Part shown: positions 48,850 to 62,406 of the stretch, in pieces
Numbering within the stretch: position 1 is the first letter of the stretch
How the letters are laid out: every line of letters begins with the position of its first letter
Assembly: GCF_964204645.1 (NCBI RefSeq)
Contig: NC_134035.1
Coordinates: 10,572,451 to 10,636,450 of the forward strand
Direction: 5' to 3'
Origin: Tubulanus polymorphus
Taxonomy: Eukaryota > Animalia > Nemertea
DNA length: 64,000 nucleotides
Translations under genes and position numbers: made by a program
The notes under the pieces: generated by a model
What the model saw: the letters and a program-made list of their open reading frames with translations, nothing else
What the model was told of the DNA's origin: nothing
Database searches by the model: none

Positions 48850-51800
48850 ATGGAGCCTTTATACGAAGATTTCTTGGAAATACCAGAACCGTATCCCGAA
48901 GAAAAAGTCCTTTTTGGAATCGATATAGGTATAATATAGTGTTTATTTTTTTAATTCTGGAATAATTTTCTTGCTCTGTCGTATATATCTCAGCGTTAGG
49001 CTCTATGAATTGGCCTTGGTATAGTGCACTTAACACTAGATTTGCACTAAGAATTTTGAGTTGGCTACGTATATCTTTATAGGTGGATCGTTGACGAAGT
49101 TAGCCTACCTTCAAAAGAATGACGGCAATGGAAAGGTGCGAATAACCTATTCTAACCTGTCTAATATGACGTGTGTAGAATTATCAATTCAGTGAATATT
49201 CATCTTAATAATCAATTCGATATGTGCGCATTTTAGTATTCGTGTGAGGAACGACCTACGAAAATATGCATGGTAACCTTTCCCAACGGAGATATCGACG
49301 CTGTAGTGCATTATATAAAGGACAATGTAGTGAAAGGGAGTGCGAACGCGAAGGTTTACGGAATCGGCTGCGGGCTGGGCAGCATGAAATATAAATCGGC
49401 GATTGACGAAAAATTAGGGATTGAGTACGTAATTGATAATTTACTACATGCAGACGATTTTTGAATAGCCTCCATTGCCGTTATGCAAATAATTGAACAC
49501 AAGGGCTTAGTTTTTACATAATATTCTACCATTCATAGTCACGTCGTAACCTTTGCTGCTTATATATAGATAACGGCGTCAATGACCCACCCATGTACTT
49601 TGATTTCCGATTTCAAAATCAAACCCCCTGTTTCGCTCCCGGCAGGTGTGTTGGGTTTGTAAGGGAACCAAATCGAGTTAATTCGAATCAAATTTACCAA
49701 TCAAACAAGAGGACAACCATCCCTATTCTAAGATCAGTAGCCCCAACCATGTTTGAAATATTTCATTTGTTTGTTCATTCGCTGCTGTAACATTTTATAC
49801 AACCATAGACGAAATTGATGGGGCAACAAAAATTACAAGAAAAATCGGGTGAATGATCTATCTTGATATTACTGATTTGTTTCAGTCTCGAGAAAAATGA
49901 CGAATTCGAATGTTTTTCGAGAGGCTTTCGATACTGTCGCTTAAACCTAAAGGAACATGAATACGTCGAACCGTACAACGACCCAGAACTATCAGCTTTA
50001 CCGACAGCAAATGTCTTCACCAACGATGAAATACCACAGTCAGATACATTGCAAGAAACGGAAAAGGATTTCCCAATTGTAATGTGCTTTATCGGATCAG
50101 GCTGCGGCTTTCTAAGGGTAAGATAATATATATAGATGAAGAATCGAAGCGAGATATTGATGGCAATGATCATGTTGATTTCGACTGTCAGCATTGAAAA
50201 AGGGCCATTAATAAAAAAGGGTTTTGTGGAAAAGGGGGAGTGGGGTAGTTTGGATGTGGACATCCTTCATCTGCTTCCTGCTTACCTCCTGTAAGCCAAA
50301 ACAAATCATTTAGTGCATTATATAAACGATTACTTCAACTTCGAATTAGGGGATTTTTTCAAGATAATGAATATGGAATAACAAACTGTAGTCCAGAGTT
50401 TATACAATAAATGATTTAGTGAATGTAAAGAACATTTAATCGAAATTTTGCAATTTCTATAGACAGCCCCTTACTCCACGTCTCATTAATTCTCGTGCAT
50501 GTCGATGATAAGGCGAAACATCTTTCAGATAGAAAAGGATGGTAGTCACAAGATGATGATGGGTCTTGGACTCGGTGGCCTTTATTACCACGGCGTCGGG
50601 AAGTTGCTCACTGGCGCTAAGGTAAGTAAACCGTGAACGTGTCGCCAGTGAAATAGATTTTTAAGAAAAACAGAGTTGTTGAATCACGGTTGATTAAACA
50701 CTAAGTGATGTAGAGAGAATCCCACAATAATGATGAAAAACAGTATTCAGTAGTTGGTTTCAGTGTTCAGTATTGCTGAAGATGACTATTAGGATGTAGT
50801 CGGAACGTTGAATAAACTGCTACCTCAGCAACATCTATAACGACCATTGTTGAATTCTATATTTCATAGTCATACGACGAACTGCTGAATCTGGCTAAAA
50901 AGGGTAATTCCGAAAACGTGAACGTTTTATTTGAAGAAATTGTAACGGACCAATACGGAGAAATCGATCCGGCTTCTTTTGGTGCCGCGGTACTACCGTA
51001 TAAAATGGAGGGATACCCGTTCGGACGAATTGTAAGAGAAGGTAATCATTCTGAGGTTTCCGTTCGATATTTCAAACCGCAGCAGTTGCTCTCTGAGAAT
51101 TAGTTGCAAGGCAGTTTTTGGCGCATGAGAGGAACTGGCTGGATACGATCAGTTGCTTGAATGTGTCGATGTGAGCGAGCTTACGATTGGTAAGCGTCGA
51201 TCTATCTCCAGTTCCAGCCAGTTGCCCATGTTCTACTTTTGAGCAACTGGTTGTACTCAATCGCAGTCATATCCGTCGATGTGCGCGCTCTGGATTTCGA
51301 CGATCGACACGCGCCATGCAGTTGCTGCAACTGACCGGTTGTAACTAGATTCTGATGTGCGCGGGGTAATCGTTCGGTAGCAACTAGTTGTCTCCAATCG
51401 CAGTGTCGATGTGCGCTAGGCTAGCTCAACGGGAAACAAAACACTGAAAAAGCAACGAAATGTAGGCTTTCGGTAGCTTATTGGGGCTACATGAAAATGT
51501 ATGACACTCAAATCTCTGCCGATTTTTTAAACATTTTTCAATGTTCGTTTTATGGTGGCCTTAAAACAAAATTTTGTTCTTTAAGCAAAGCAGGGTTAAA
51601 GCAAAAGCAGAACATGTAAAAAAAACCGGTGGCGATCGAGTTTGATATTTTTTTTTCAACGCAGCCCGAATCGGCCAGCATGAAAATATTATCGCCAATC
51701 GCGTTTTGCTGAGTAGAATATTCTCTATATCATATTTACAGGTCTAGATCCGAAACCTGAAGATTTAGCGAGAACGTTGATGGATGACATAACGATGAAC

Positions 51801-52885
51801 ATACTGTTTTGGTGTAATAAAGTTTGTAAAGAAAACGGCGTCAATCATTGCTATTTCGCCGGTTCTTTCCTGCGCAACAACGAACCGTTTAGAACGTACA
51901 CGAACACCAGGATGCCGTACATGTCCGCGGTGAGATCCGACACACGGGGCTTTCTGCTGACCTCGCAGGATACCTTATACTTAGTTTCTCCTGTGTATTA
52001 TTTTCTGCCATTTATGTGTTTACCCAAGTCCGAAAGACAACTCAAACTTAGCAATACTGCTATTCCCAATAACAAATTTACGAAGAATCAGGCCATTAAT
52101 TTATGTTCGAACTTTATTCAAGATGGTTTTAGCTGCCTTGTCATTGAGTATTGTGGGAATCTTAGCATCAAATTGTTGTCCCCGTGATTATTTTCTTCGC
52201 CATCCAGTAAACTCAATTGAATGGTAGGCGCTGTCTTCGAAATGAAATGAAACTGTTTTTCCTCACATACGGTGGCGCCATTAAGTTTAGTTTGGTCCTA
52301 ATTCCGCACCGCCTTTTAGCGCTTGGTTGCGGAGGGACTATTACTAAAACACGTATATAGACTAAATATGTAAATGGGACTAAATACGTTAATGGATAAA
52401 TCTGTGATGCAGAAATTAGCAGATAGATATTATAGTGGTTGAACGTGTTATCATAGCAAATGCTACCAAAAATCTTATACTAGAACAAATTTCATGGTAT
52501 GTTTAAAGAGTGAAGAGCAGTTTTATTATTATCCAACTGATTTGAAATAGGCCGGGGATCGTACGTTTCTCATGCAATCTATTTCTAATTGTTGAGTTTA
52601 AGTTCTTTTTGCGTATTGTTCATTCATCAGCAAGTGCGTCTTGTCTTGCGATACCCGCATCGACGAATCGCAACTATAGAGACAATATCTAAATCTTCGT
52701 CATTCGCCCCTTGGAGAAAGCTTACTTCGTTCTGTTAAATCCTATTTTCATTTTGAATTCAATTTCAGATGATTGGCAACCATCACGTGTACCCGAGAAT
52801 ATTCAAATATAACGGATATCCAGGAGTTCTAGGAGCAGTGTTCAAACTTTTCGATCGCGTTAATGGTGCAAAAGAAGACATTTGA
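48850..52885 (+). CDS. Divergent type II pantothenate-kinase (fumble)-fold protein, PANK4-like kinase domain without the DUF89 phosphatase domain, 373 aa, 8 exons
   Basis: Exons 48850-48928, 49083-49135, 49237-49424, 49886-50117, 50529-50621, 50870-51041, 51742-51929, 52769-52885; all GT-AG, phases 1,0,2,0,0,1,0 consistent; 1122 nt. Motifs in the expected PanK-II order: GIDIGGSLTKLAY, EKNDEFECFSRG, FIGSGCGFL, GLGGLYYHGVGKLLTGAKSYDELLNLAKKG, PFGR, EDLARTL, YFAGSFLR, FKYNGYPGVLGA. Confidence 0.9.
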
Positions 52886-53239
52886 ATTGGTTTCCATAGA
52901 TAAATTAACCTCATTGTGATATCATTTCATCTTTGAATCTAACTTCCACTGAATCGTTCCAAAACACAATTCGTCTTCCGTCGTTCTAAGTTTGGTCGAG
53001 TAATTCTCTGAAAGTGCAGAAGATGGCGCCTTGGTTTATTCACGATCAAACCAGGGATTCGAACCAGAATAAAGCACTCTTCGATGCAACAAACTAGATA
53101 ATATTTTTGTATACAAAATATCCGGATTTTATTTTTCTGCAAAATATATACTTTTCGATATAAAAAGAGTATACACAATATTCTCTAAATCTGATCATAG
53201 ACACGGTACACAACACGGGGTAATAATCTTTAATATTAC

Positions 53240-53457
<218 letters not shown>

Positions 53458-56400
53458 CGTACACAATAATCACACACAAAAAAGCTCTCAAACGCATCAT
53501 GCGCTCTAAACTTCACTCACGAAAGGTGAAAAGCAGTAATGCACCATAATAATGCATTTTCAGCAAGTTTTTGGTTTCTTAAAGCGACAACCGCATGCTG
53601 CTAAAACATTTACACATCGCAAAACCGAAAATGCCACAGTACATACTACTGAAATGTTCACTACGTTTTTATGTCTTCTATTCCATTCGGTATTTTTGAC
53701 TGTTTTCAATTTCGCAAATTCTAACATGATTACTGGACTTTTTAACTGGAATACGTTATATAAATGACAAAGGATAAATTAGAAATACTACAATTAGTAG
53801 ACTCCGCCTTCGTCGGTACCAAGTTGAAGACGATTTAAAGAATTGAGGAACTAGTTTTGAACTATAAACGAAATATTATCATTAGGTTCATCGGGATTTG
53901 GTTAAAAAAAACACAGATTAAACGTACGAAAGATTTGATGACTAGAATCGAACACTTTAAAAAAAAATTCAAACAGCGCAATCTCGTTATAGCGACAAAC
54001 TTGAATATCATTGGACATCGTAACAAAGATGAAAATATGCCCAGAATAAGATAAAATCTATCGATTTCATAGCGGTTTTTACAAACGGAGTTCTGGTCAG
54101 TTGAAGTTTGTTAGAACGAGCTTCCACTGTATCTATTGATCTCGTGTATATGTATTTTATAGTTACAAAATATCCATTGAAATCTATACAGATGAAAAAT
54201 AAGTAGTTATGTACAAAATCACCGAAAATTGCTCAACATCCGATTTATCCATAGATTACATCTTCACCACCACAGACACGCGCCATTCCGTGCAAATCTA
54301 TAAAATATCTCTGAAAGCTGCTCATTTATATGATATTCTTTTTTTACATACACATTTCCACATATAGATTTTCGAGAAAAGCGTACCGCACGAACTAATG
54401 GAAGGCTGCACACAGTACACGGCCGGGTAGGCTCGCTCGCTGGCACCGGGGGAACGCGTTCACATCCACCGGTCTTAAACTCGTGGCGATGTTTATAACG
54501 CAGATATATAACTCTCGAAATAAAATAAGAAAAAATAAATCTATGCCTTATAGATAGAATATTCGTTTACACGGAAAACACGTACGCCGATTCCGAAATA
54601 GCGTTTTCGCGTTGAGCATTTTTCCGCAAAGGAATTCCCGTGCAAAACACTTATACTGCTGTACACATCAAGCACAGTTCCGCGCCGATCTATGAAGAGT
54701 TATTTTGACACCTGACAAATAATAATGGAGAATCGGGTGGAAAAAATTATGATTATGCAAGCTACAATGACGATTACGAAGGCTTATCGCATAGTTAGCG
54801 GTAAACTAGGAGAGTATTATTGGCCCGTAATGGTTCCGAAGTCCTCGACCTCGGAACGCGGGTTCGAATTTTTCTGCAGTGATTAACGAAAGCAGTTTCT
54901 AGGAAGCAAAACCTCGTTGTACTGAACAATGTTTGTAATTTTTTTAACGCGCTTCTATAAGTGCACACGTGGTGGATGGAAAAACGCTCGCTCGGAGGTC
55001 AGTACACTCACAGTCACGGGACTTGCGTCGAGTGACAGAATTCTGCACGCGGCATCCAAAAATCTAAGAGCTTTTGTCCTGAATTTTACCACAAAACTAA
55101 CGCGTTTAAGGGATATCGGTGAGCTATAATATTCATCGTCTAAACGCGCCGCACTGTCAACTGCTTGACACATGAGATTGTTTTATTTCTGGCGAACCCT
55201 TTTGAAATGTGCATTTTTCGAGAGGAGGACTCAATAAGTTTCCCGGAACAGTCAGTTGGTCCACCGGAAACGTATACAACGCGCAAGAATTCCGGCTCGT
55301 TATTATTTATTACAGGACAATGATTCGAAAAGCGACGGAATCGTCGAGTCAAACACGCGACCCCGTCACCATTATTCAATACACCACAGTTATGCGCATT
55401 TTCTTTTGACTGGAACAGATTTTTCTGATACCGAAGTTATTTTCAGTTCGATACGGTTACCCCGGGCTTATAACCTAAACACCGGCAAAAACCGGAGACC
55501 AATATAGTGGCGAATCGTTAAAACTCGTTCCCCAGTGGGTAGATTAATTCTCTGAAAAGTGACAAATAGTTGACGAAAAATAAAACGCAATCGTTTTTTA
55601 AATGTATTTTGATGACAACGATTTCTCCAAAATTCATTTATCGAATTACAATCACCCGTTCGTTTGAAACCACCCACAACTGTCAATACACGATTAGCAA
55701 AGTACGCGGAAGCGCTTCTTTTGACACGCTCACACACTCGCATACAAACGCGTTTTGTGTGTCGTTAGATAATAACTCTCGTAACCTTGGCACGGTCCCA
55801 AAATAGTACTGTTTGCGTGTGTGTGTGTGTGCGCTTCCAAAAAACCGGTCACAGAAAATGACGAATAACACGATTCGAGGCCCCCAAACGTAACCGGTCC
55901 ACATATTAAGCGCATTGATAATGCGCGCAGCTCGGCGTACTTTTAAGTGTCGCATAAACAGCGATTAAGTATTTTCTATGAAGAGGGCCGAGTGGAGCGG
56001 TGTTTTCCTGCGAATCGCGCCGTTGTGTTATCGAATAAAAAGTTACACATAAATCGCATCATCGTGGTTGGTAGATTATAGCGACCCATTGAAAAAAAAA
56101 AACATATTCCAATTAACCTTATCGAGTTGTCAAGGCTAAACGGATATTAAATTTTGTTTGTCCGATTGATATTCAGAATCGAAACAATGATTTTGTCAAC
56201 AGGGCGCCAGCATTTTCCGTACAGGTTGCTTGTTAGGGCAGTTGTATATATTGTTTAGTTGGTTCCGTGTCACCTATTTAACTTTTTGGTATAAAATGAA
56301 CAAATAAATAATTGACGTCAATTTAAAATTTAAAATTCCGTATTCAATATTTCTAAAATATGACGTACGTACGAAAAAGAATGATCATCTATTCAGAATT

Positions 56401-57926
56401 CTAACGTAAAATTTTGACATTCAGATTTTTCGGTTTAAATCTAAATTTTAATTTCCGAATAAGGGGGTCGCCCACTCATACAGCAACATTCATTTTCTGT
56501 CTAAATTCCTCAAATTGAAATGCAATTCGTGTCATTTTGTGCGGGCGATTTTGTTCTGATCTCGAAACCTTTTTTTGGTCTTATATAAACGCGTTTAGAC
56601 GCGTTCGAGCTAATATGGCACATAGGACTGTGTCACAGTTGATAGTTACAATAAACTTATGAACCCAGAATATATCTCTGCGGTCTACGATTCCCAGAAA
56701 GGGATGAGTAAAACTAATGGGAGCGATTTTGGCTTTTTATTTGACCGTGGAACCCCCAGGCACGATTGATCTTGTTATTACTGAAGTGGTTGGAACGCGT
56801 GATTCAACCGAGATATTTATCACATAAATAACGGTGACGGTTTATGTAAAAAAAAAACAACGCTTAAAAGCAAATAATAACTGATTGTGTTAGTTCTACG
56901 TGGAGCATTGTCGCGATAACGAACTTGGATATTAAGATTCGACGAATAATCGTCGATTATTTATCGAACAAATCGTCCATAAAAAGACGGCTATAGACTC
57001 AGAAAACATGTTTTCAGAAGATAATCTTGATCATCATAGTTGGTTTCCATAGAGAAGTGACTGTCTGATATCAATAAAGCGTAAATCCACTATGAAATAG
57101 AAAGAAAATTTAAAAGAGAACCTCACGTTTCGACTTAATTCTATGAGCCATTTGAAAATCCGTCTTTGAAAATGATTTTGCGAAAATGGCTAGAATTGAG
57201 TCGAATCGAACGACTCTCTTCAAGTTTCTTTTTCACTTTATTGCGGGTTTTCACTTTATCGCAGACGTTTTTGGAGGCCGCCATCTTTATGGGAAGGTCT
57301 GAAGCCGATTCGTGGTCGTTCAAGTTCGTTATAACGAGACCCGCTGTAGAAATCAATGCCACTAAACTTACATAACATATAATACATGTTTAACGCGTAT
57401 TCTAAACGAACATTGATAGCCTATATCCATTCGACGGCAGTTGTCAACGATGTAAAATGTTAATATATACGTAATCTATCATAAAATGTACACAAATTCA
57501 TAAATCATACAGCGAAATATATATAGCAAATTCACCGAGTTCACTCACAGCCGTATTTAAAATGGCCGACAAAACTATACAAAATTCTCAAAAACACTTC
57601 ATTCAAATTATCACCAGCACTTTTACAGAGCACACTCTCGAATGATATAAAAACACATTCTCAACAAAACGCGTCGACAAGGTTTTTCGACGTTAATGAT
57701 TGTCTCATTTCGTAAAATTCATCGTAACAAAACCACACTTCCCCAGCGCAAAGCCCAGAAAAAGCTATAACCGAGAGCAAGACCTTTATCGCTCTGAACA
57801 AAGGGGCCCGAACTAACGCATCGGAATGTTCCTATATTGTATACGACCATGATTTTGGTCACTCAAATGTTCAAACGTGTTCGACCCCTCGTATTACCAA
57901 CCTTTCAGTCGCGTGTCCCGACCTGG

Positions 57927-58735
57927 CTATAACAGGTACGGGTGACAGAATCGATAGATGAGCCTCTTGGAATGTTCGGTCTTTTTGATGATACCTTTCT
58001 TGTAATACTGACGAATCGAACGACTCAACTTGTCGTAGTTCATGGCCGGCCGGTTTTTCCTTTTGCCCCACAGTCTGGCGACTCGAGCCGAGTCTTCGAT
58101 CTTAAATATGCCGTTTTTGCGATCGAGCCACCGAATACAGTTGCCGTAGAATTGTGGCTGCAGAAGAAGGTCTTTTAGAAATTGCCACAAATGGATGTTC
58201 TGTTTGATGCCGTCTTCTTCGGCATGATAGTAACCTACAGTGAATGAGATTATTGTATGAGTTTTTTTTTAATGAAATGAGTTATACAAGTTTTAGGATG
58301 AAAATGAATAATCGAGAATGAATCATTAACGCGATCAGTAGCTTTTCGTTTTTTTAGAGTAGTCGTTAGGCCCAACGCACACAGCGACACAGAAAAACAC
58401 GGAAATGAGGCAAGCGTTTCCCTGTTTCTTATGCGTTAACTAGAAATTAGAAACAGGTTTCGGGAAACAATGTTTCCTAGATCAAGTATGTTCGATTCAG
58501 TGTTTCTGTTGTTCTGTGTTTCCATGTTTCCTATACAAGGTTAACGCGTTTCATGAAACGGAATTCGTTTTCACAACCCAAATAAGTGTGTCCCCTGACA
58601 CTCAATTCGTGATAGGTCGCGTACGAACCTTGGTCAGATTCGGCCGATAATGACGAGAGACTGTCCCGCCTCGGGGAATCCATCTCGCTGTCGTTACTCG
58701 ATGTGGGAGACCCTGGAAATGCAACAGGTCCGCAA

Positions 58736-58772
<37 letters not shown>

Positions 58773-61036
58773 GGTGCTGATGTTGCTGAGCGGCGACCAT
58801 TGACACCGAATCCAGATTCATGTACATCGGATTCGGTTTCGGAATCGGAACTGACGCCGTTTCAATATCCTGACACAAAGCGAGAGCTGCGAATTAAAGA
58901 ATGCGCCATATTAGAATGTTTAACGACAACTGAGACTTAATGAAACGGGATCCCCTGCACTTAAAATTTGCCAAGTGCATCAGGCGCTTAAGTTTTTGAT
59001 CGAGAAATACAAAAGAATATCATTCCTATCCTTAATCTTTTGAAATTCGGAATGTTTAGTGGGCGATTGCGACCGACCCCTGCTGAAACTGACTCCCACT
59101 TATATGCAAACCCATCAACGAATTCTAAACTAGTTATGCAACAAAACACTAGTGCGTTCTTCACAAGAGGGGGATGGCCATACCTCTCATTTTACATCCA
59201 CCCCAGAAATCAGCCTTGTTAAAAACTCAGATTGCAACGAAAACAACTTAATATTCATTATTTTGGGAAGAGCAAAACCTTAATGGCTGGCTTCGACAAC
59301 GGAATATTCTCAAAGAACACTGATCTAAAGATAGAATTCATACCATTCATCCATATTTCGAGTTGAGCGAACAAAGTGGCGCCGGCTTCTGGTGAACGTT
59401 TCTTGAAATCGTCCTCGGTGAATAAGGCTAACGTGGATCCGTTGACGTTGAAGTTCTCCACGCGAGTCAACGGCAGCTGGAAATGATGTAACGTGTACGT
59501 CACCCAGCGTTGCACGTGTTCGGCCGTCCACGATTCCGGAGCTACAACGATATATAAGAACTATATACTTTTTGAGAAAATATTTTCGGACTTCGTCATC
59601 GACACTCCCAGTAAACAACGAGACTTAGATCAGCTCGATGGAAAGTTTTATCAACTCGTTCAGCGAGAGAAGGCCGAATGAAATAACAAACGAGACGGTT
59701 GAAAAAACGCTATCAAGTCGAACAGCCTCGTAAATCAATCGAACATTATTACTACTTCCTTATTTGATATATCATTTCGACTGTTTGTTTCAAAAATTAT
59801 AAAGTCGACTTTAGTACGAATTCGAGACAGCGATAACGGGAATGTTCTACATAATTGCCACCGCATTATTGAGATTGAATGCATTTTAAAAATCCAAGGT
59901 TTGGCCACTCCCGGCTCAAAACAAAAGGGTCAACCCCTATTATGATAGAACATGTGTGTGTGTGTATGGTATAATGTGCATATTGTAATTTCATCCTATG
60001 ATCTTGTAATTTATGTAGCAATTTATTTTGCAAAATAGAATACTCATTCATTCATTCAACATCACTGAAACCAATACTTTCTAGAAGTATAGCCCCACTA
60101 TATTGTTACATTTTTCTTCCTTAACTTATATATATTTGTAATAACGTCCAATAGTGTAACGTTTTATTGAAAATAAATTTCAATTTCAAAATAGCAGAAA
60201 TTCTCTAATATATCTATTATTAGAAAGTTCTTTGACAGACGTAGTGAAAACTTACCCAGTGGTATGGCTGTCAGTGTACACGTCTGATCGATTTCAGCTT
60301 TCACCTGTTTGAGCAGGTCTATAGGAATGGCTGTCTCTATCGCTGCCTGGTCTTCGCAGGACATGGCAGCAGTCGTCGACACAGTCGGAAAGGCACCGGT
60401 TTGATTCGTCGAGAAACCATCGTACGCGACGAACGCGGGTTCGCTTTTCACCAGACTCAAGTCGGCGAATGTTCGCTGTTGTTGACAGTTGTCACCGATA
60501 TTCGCCTTGATGCTCTCGTTAGGAACCGACAAATGATCATCGGCCTCGTAAAACGAATTGTCCTGCGCGTACACGTCCGTGTTATTCAGCAAGAAGTCGA
60601 GTTCAGTGAGACTAAAAGATCGCTCGCATTTCACGTTACCGATAGCCGCAACGTTCATAGCACCGTTAATATTTTGAAGTTTCGTTTTGACGGGCGACCT
60701 GCCGTTCGTAGGAAGCGACTCGTAATACTGCGATACAGTCTCCGGAATCAAACACCGCTGTTTAGACTGGTCGTACTGTCCATCGTCGTCCGAGAATTCC
60801 TGTTTGATCACGATATTCGGATTGTAGGCCGCGACTTCCATACCCGGCTGGTAGGTTTGACCTTCGTGGCGAGAAATCGAAGATGTAGCTATCTGCACCG
60901 ATTGCGATTGCGGTTTCTCAGAAGTGGACGAGTTGTACATCGAGAATATTGAATTGGTGTCTATGTCGCTATCCGCCCACATGTATTCCGTACTATCTAA
61001 GCTTGCTAGTATTTCTTCCAAAACGTCGTCTGGGAC
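57927..61036 (-). CDS. SPDEF: SAM/Pointed-domain ETS transcription factor of the SPDEF/PDEF (Ets98B) class; 5' end unresolved
   Basis: Exons 61036-60256 (aacag|GTC...CTG G|GTAAGT), 59541-59344 (PNT domain: PESWTAEHVQRWV...FNVNGSTLALFTEDDFKKRSPEAGATLFAQLEIW), 58886-58629 (polyQ, Ser-rich), 58234-57927 (ETS domain IHLWQFLKDLLLQPQFYGNCIRWLDRKNGIFKIEDSARVARLWGKRKNRPAMNYDKLSRSIRQYYKKGIIKK...RLIYRF). SRSIRQYY is diagnostic of the PDEF subfamily. All three internal junctions are phase 1. Confidence 0.93.
58736..58788 (-). repeat. Coding (CAA/CAG)n polyglutamine tract in SPDEF
   Basis: Encodes QQHQHQQQQQQQQQQQQ inside exon 58886-58629. Confidence 0.9.
59870..60060 (+). mobile_element. Probable LINE 3' remnant with (CATT)n tail in an SPDEF intron
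   Basis: AT-rich segment ending AAAATAGAATACTCATTCATTCATTCA. Confidence 0.35.
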
Positions 61037-62153
61037 CTGTTCGAAGAAATAAGAAAGAATTTGAAAATATATTTCATCCATATCGTGCCGCGATTACATG
61101 ATGTTTTCGGTCTTACGCCGTGAGGGTTGACTGAAGTGTTGTGAACACATCGCGGTGTTACTCGATGTTAGCGGTGGTTCTATGAAGGTTTAGTGTCGTC
61201 GACCCACTTAAAGATAATCAGCTGATAGCTATTCACAAGCTGCAAGCACGAGGTCGAATTACGTAATGCACACAAAAAAAACGTTTGTTTAATCGTCAAT
61301 GTTTTTTACGATCTGTTTACGTTGAAATAGAAAAGACGTCTTAAACTTGAGAAATGTCTCAGTCATTGAAATGACACCATTTGAGTATAAAGCACCTTCT
61401 GAAAAACTTCGTTAGGGAACTTATATAGGAAAACTCCGCAAGATATATTACTCATAGCATTTGTGTCATTACGTAGTAAAGTATTCAATGAATTATTTCA
61501 AAAAGTTATGATGAATCGCTTTTAGAATCTGTAATATTGCTGATCGGAGGCAGAAGATCACTGAATACGATCAACTAGCATCGGGTATCACGACATTTTA
61601 TGCCTATTCCATATTGATCAAATAGATAGATAATATTGTTTACAGGCACCCAACAACAGAGGAAATCTAGAACACTAATTAAACTACTTCCGCATATAAG
61701 GCGCAAACAAGCAACAATTCGAAGCGAACATTGGTCATGAACCATATCCCGGAGTACTCACCCCCTGAACAACGTACTTAGCTATGAAAATATGAAGTAA
61801 CTCCAAAATCGACAGTAGCAAAACATGTCAGCGCGGTATATTTTGCCAAAAACGTGCAAAATGTTTTGCGCAGTTAGCTTTCGTTGTGCAACAAATAGGT
61901 CACAGCGAATGAAACAGATTGAGAGTCATAAAAATATCATTACGTTCAAATGTGGTTCAAAGCTTTTAGTTGTTTCGTGTGTAAACACACGTGGAAAATA
62001 TAGGTCCCCGGCATCGACTACCACGCGAAAGCATAATCATAACAATCGACGTGTTTACCACCGTGGTATGAAATAAGAATCGGGAAGCTTTCGACGCAAA
62101 TAAGAAATGTGTTTTTGGATTGCCATATGGCGTTTAGTAAAATATCATTGTTG

Positions 62154-62406
62154 CACAGTCGTGACATAAGTCCAAAAGTGATCTTAAATCTTGAGACTAG
62201 TCTTGATATGTGAGATTGGTTACTACATCTAAGATGGTCATAGACTGGTCTTCAAAACGCAGTGGTCTTGTGACATGTTAGGTTGGCTATAGAGCTATAG
62301 ATGGTCATAGACTGGTCTTCAAAACGCAGTGGTCTTGTGACATGTTAGGTTGGCTATAGAGCTAAGAAACTCTGAGACTGATCTTAATTCTTAAGTCATG
62401 ACTGTG
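62154..62406. mobile_element. MITE-like element with an internal 67-bp tandem duplication
   Basis: Inverted termini CACAGTCGTGACATAAG / CTTAAGTCATGACTGTG. The block AGATGGTCATAGACTGGTCTTCAAAACGCAGTGGTCTTGTGACATGTTAGGTTGGCTATAGAGCTA occurs at 62232 and 62299. Confidence 0.7.

Noticed and set aside
49775-50263. 162-aa minus-strand ORF
   Set aside because: Antisense to PanK-like exon 4 and its flanking introns; no recognisable domain.
60401-60952. 183-aa plus-strand ORF
   Set aside because: Antisense shadow of the large SPDEF exon; no independent protein features.
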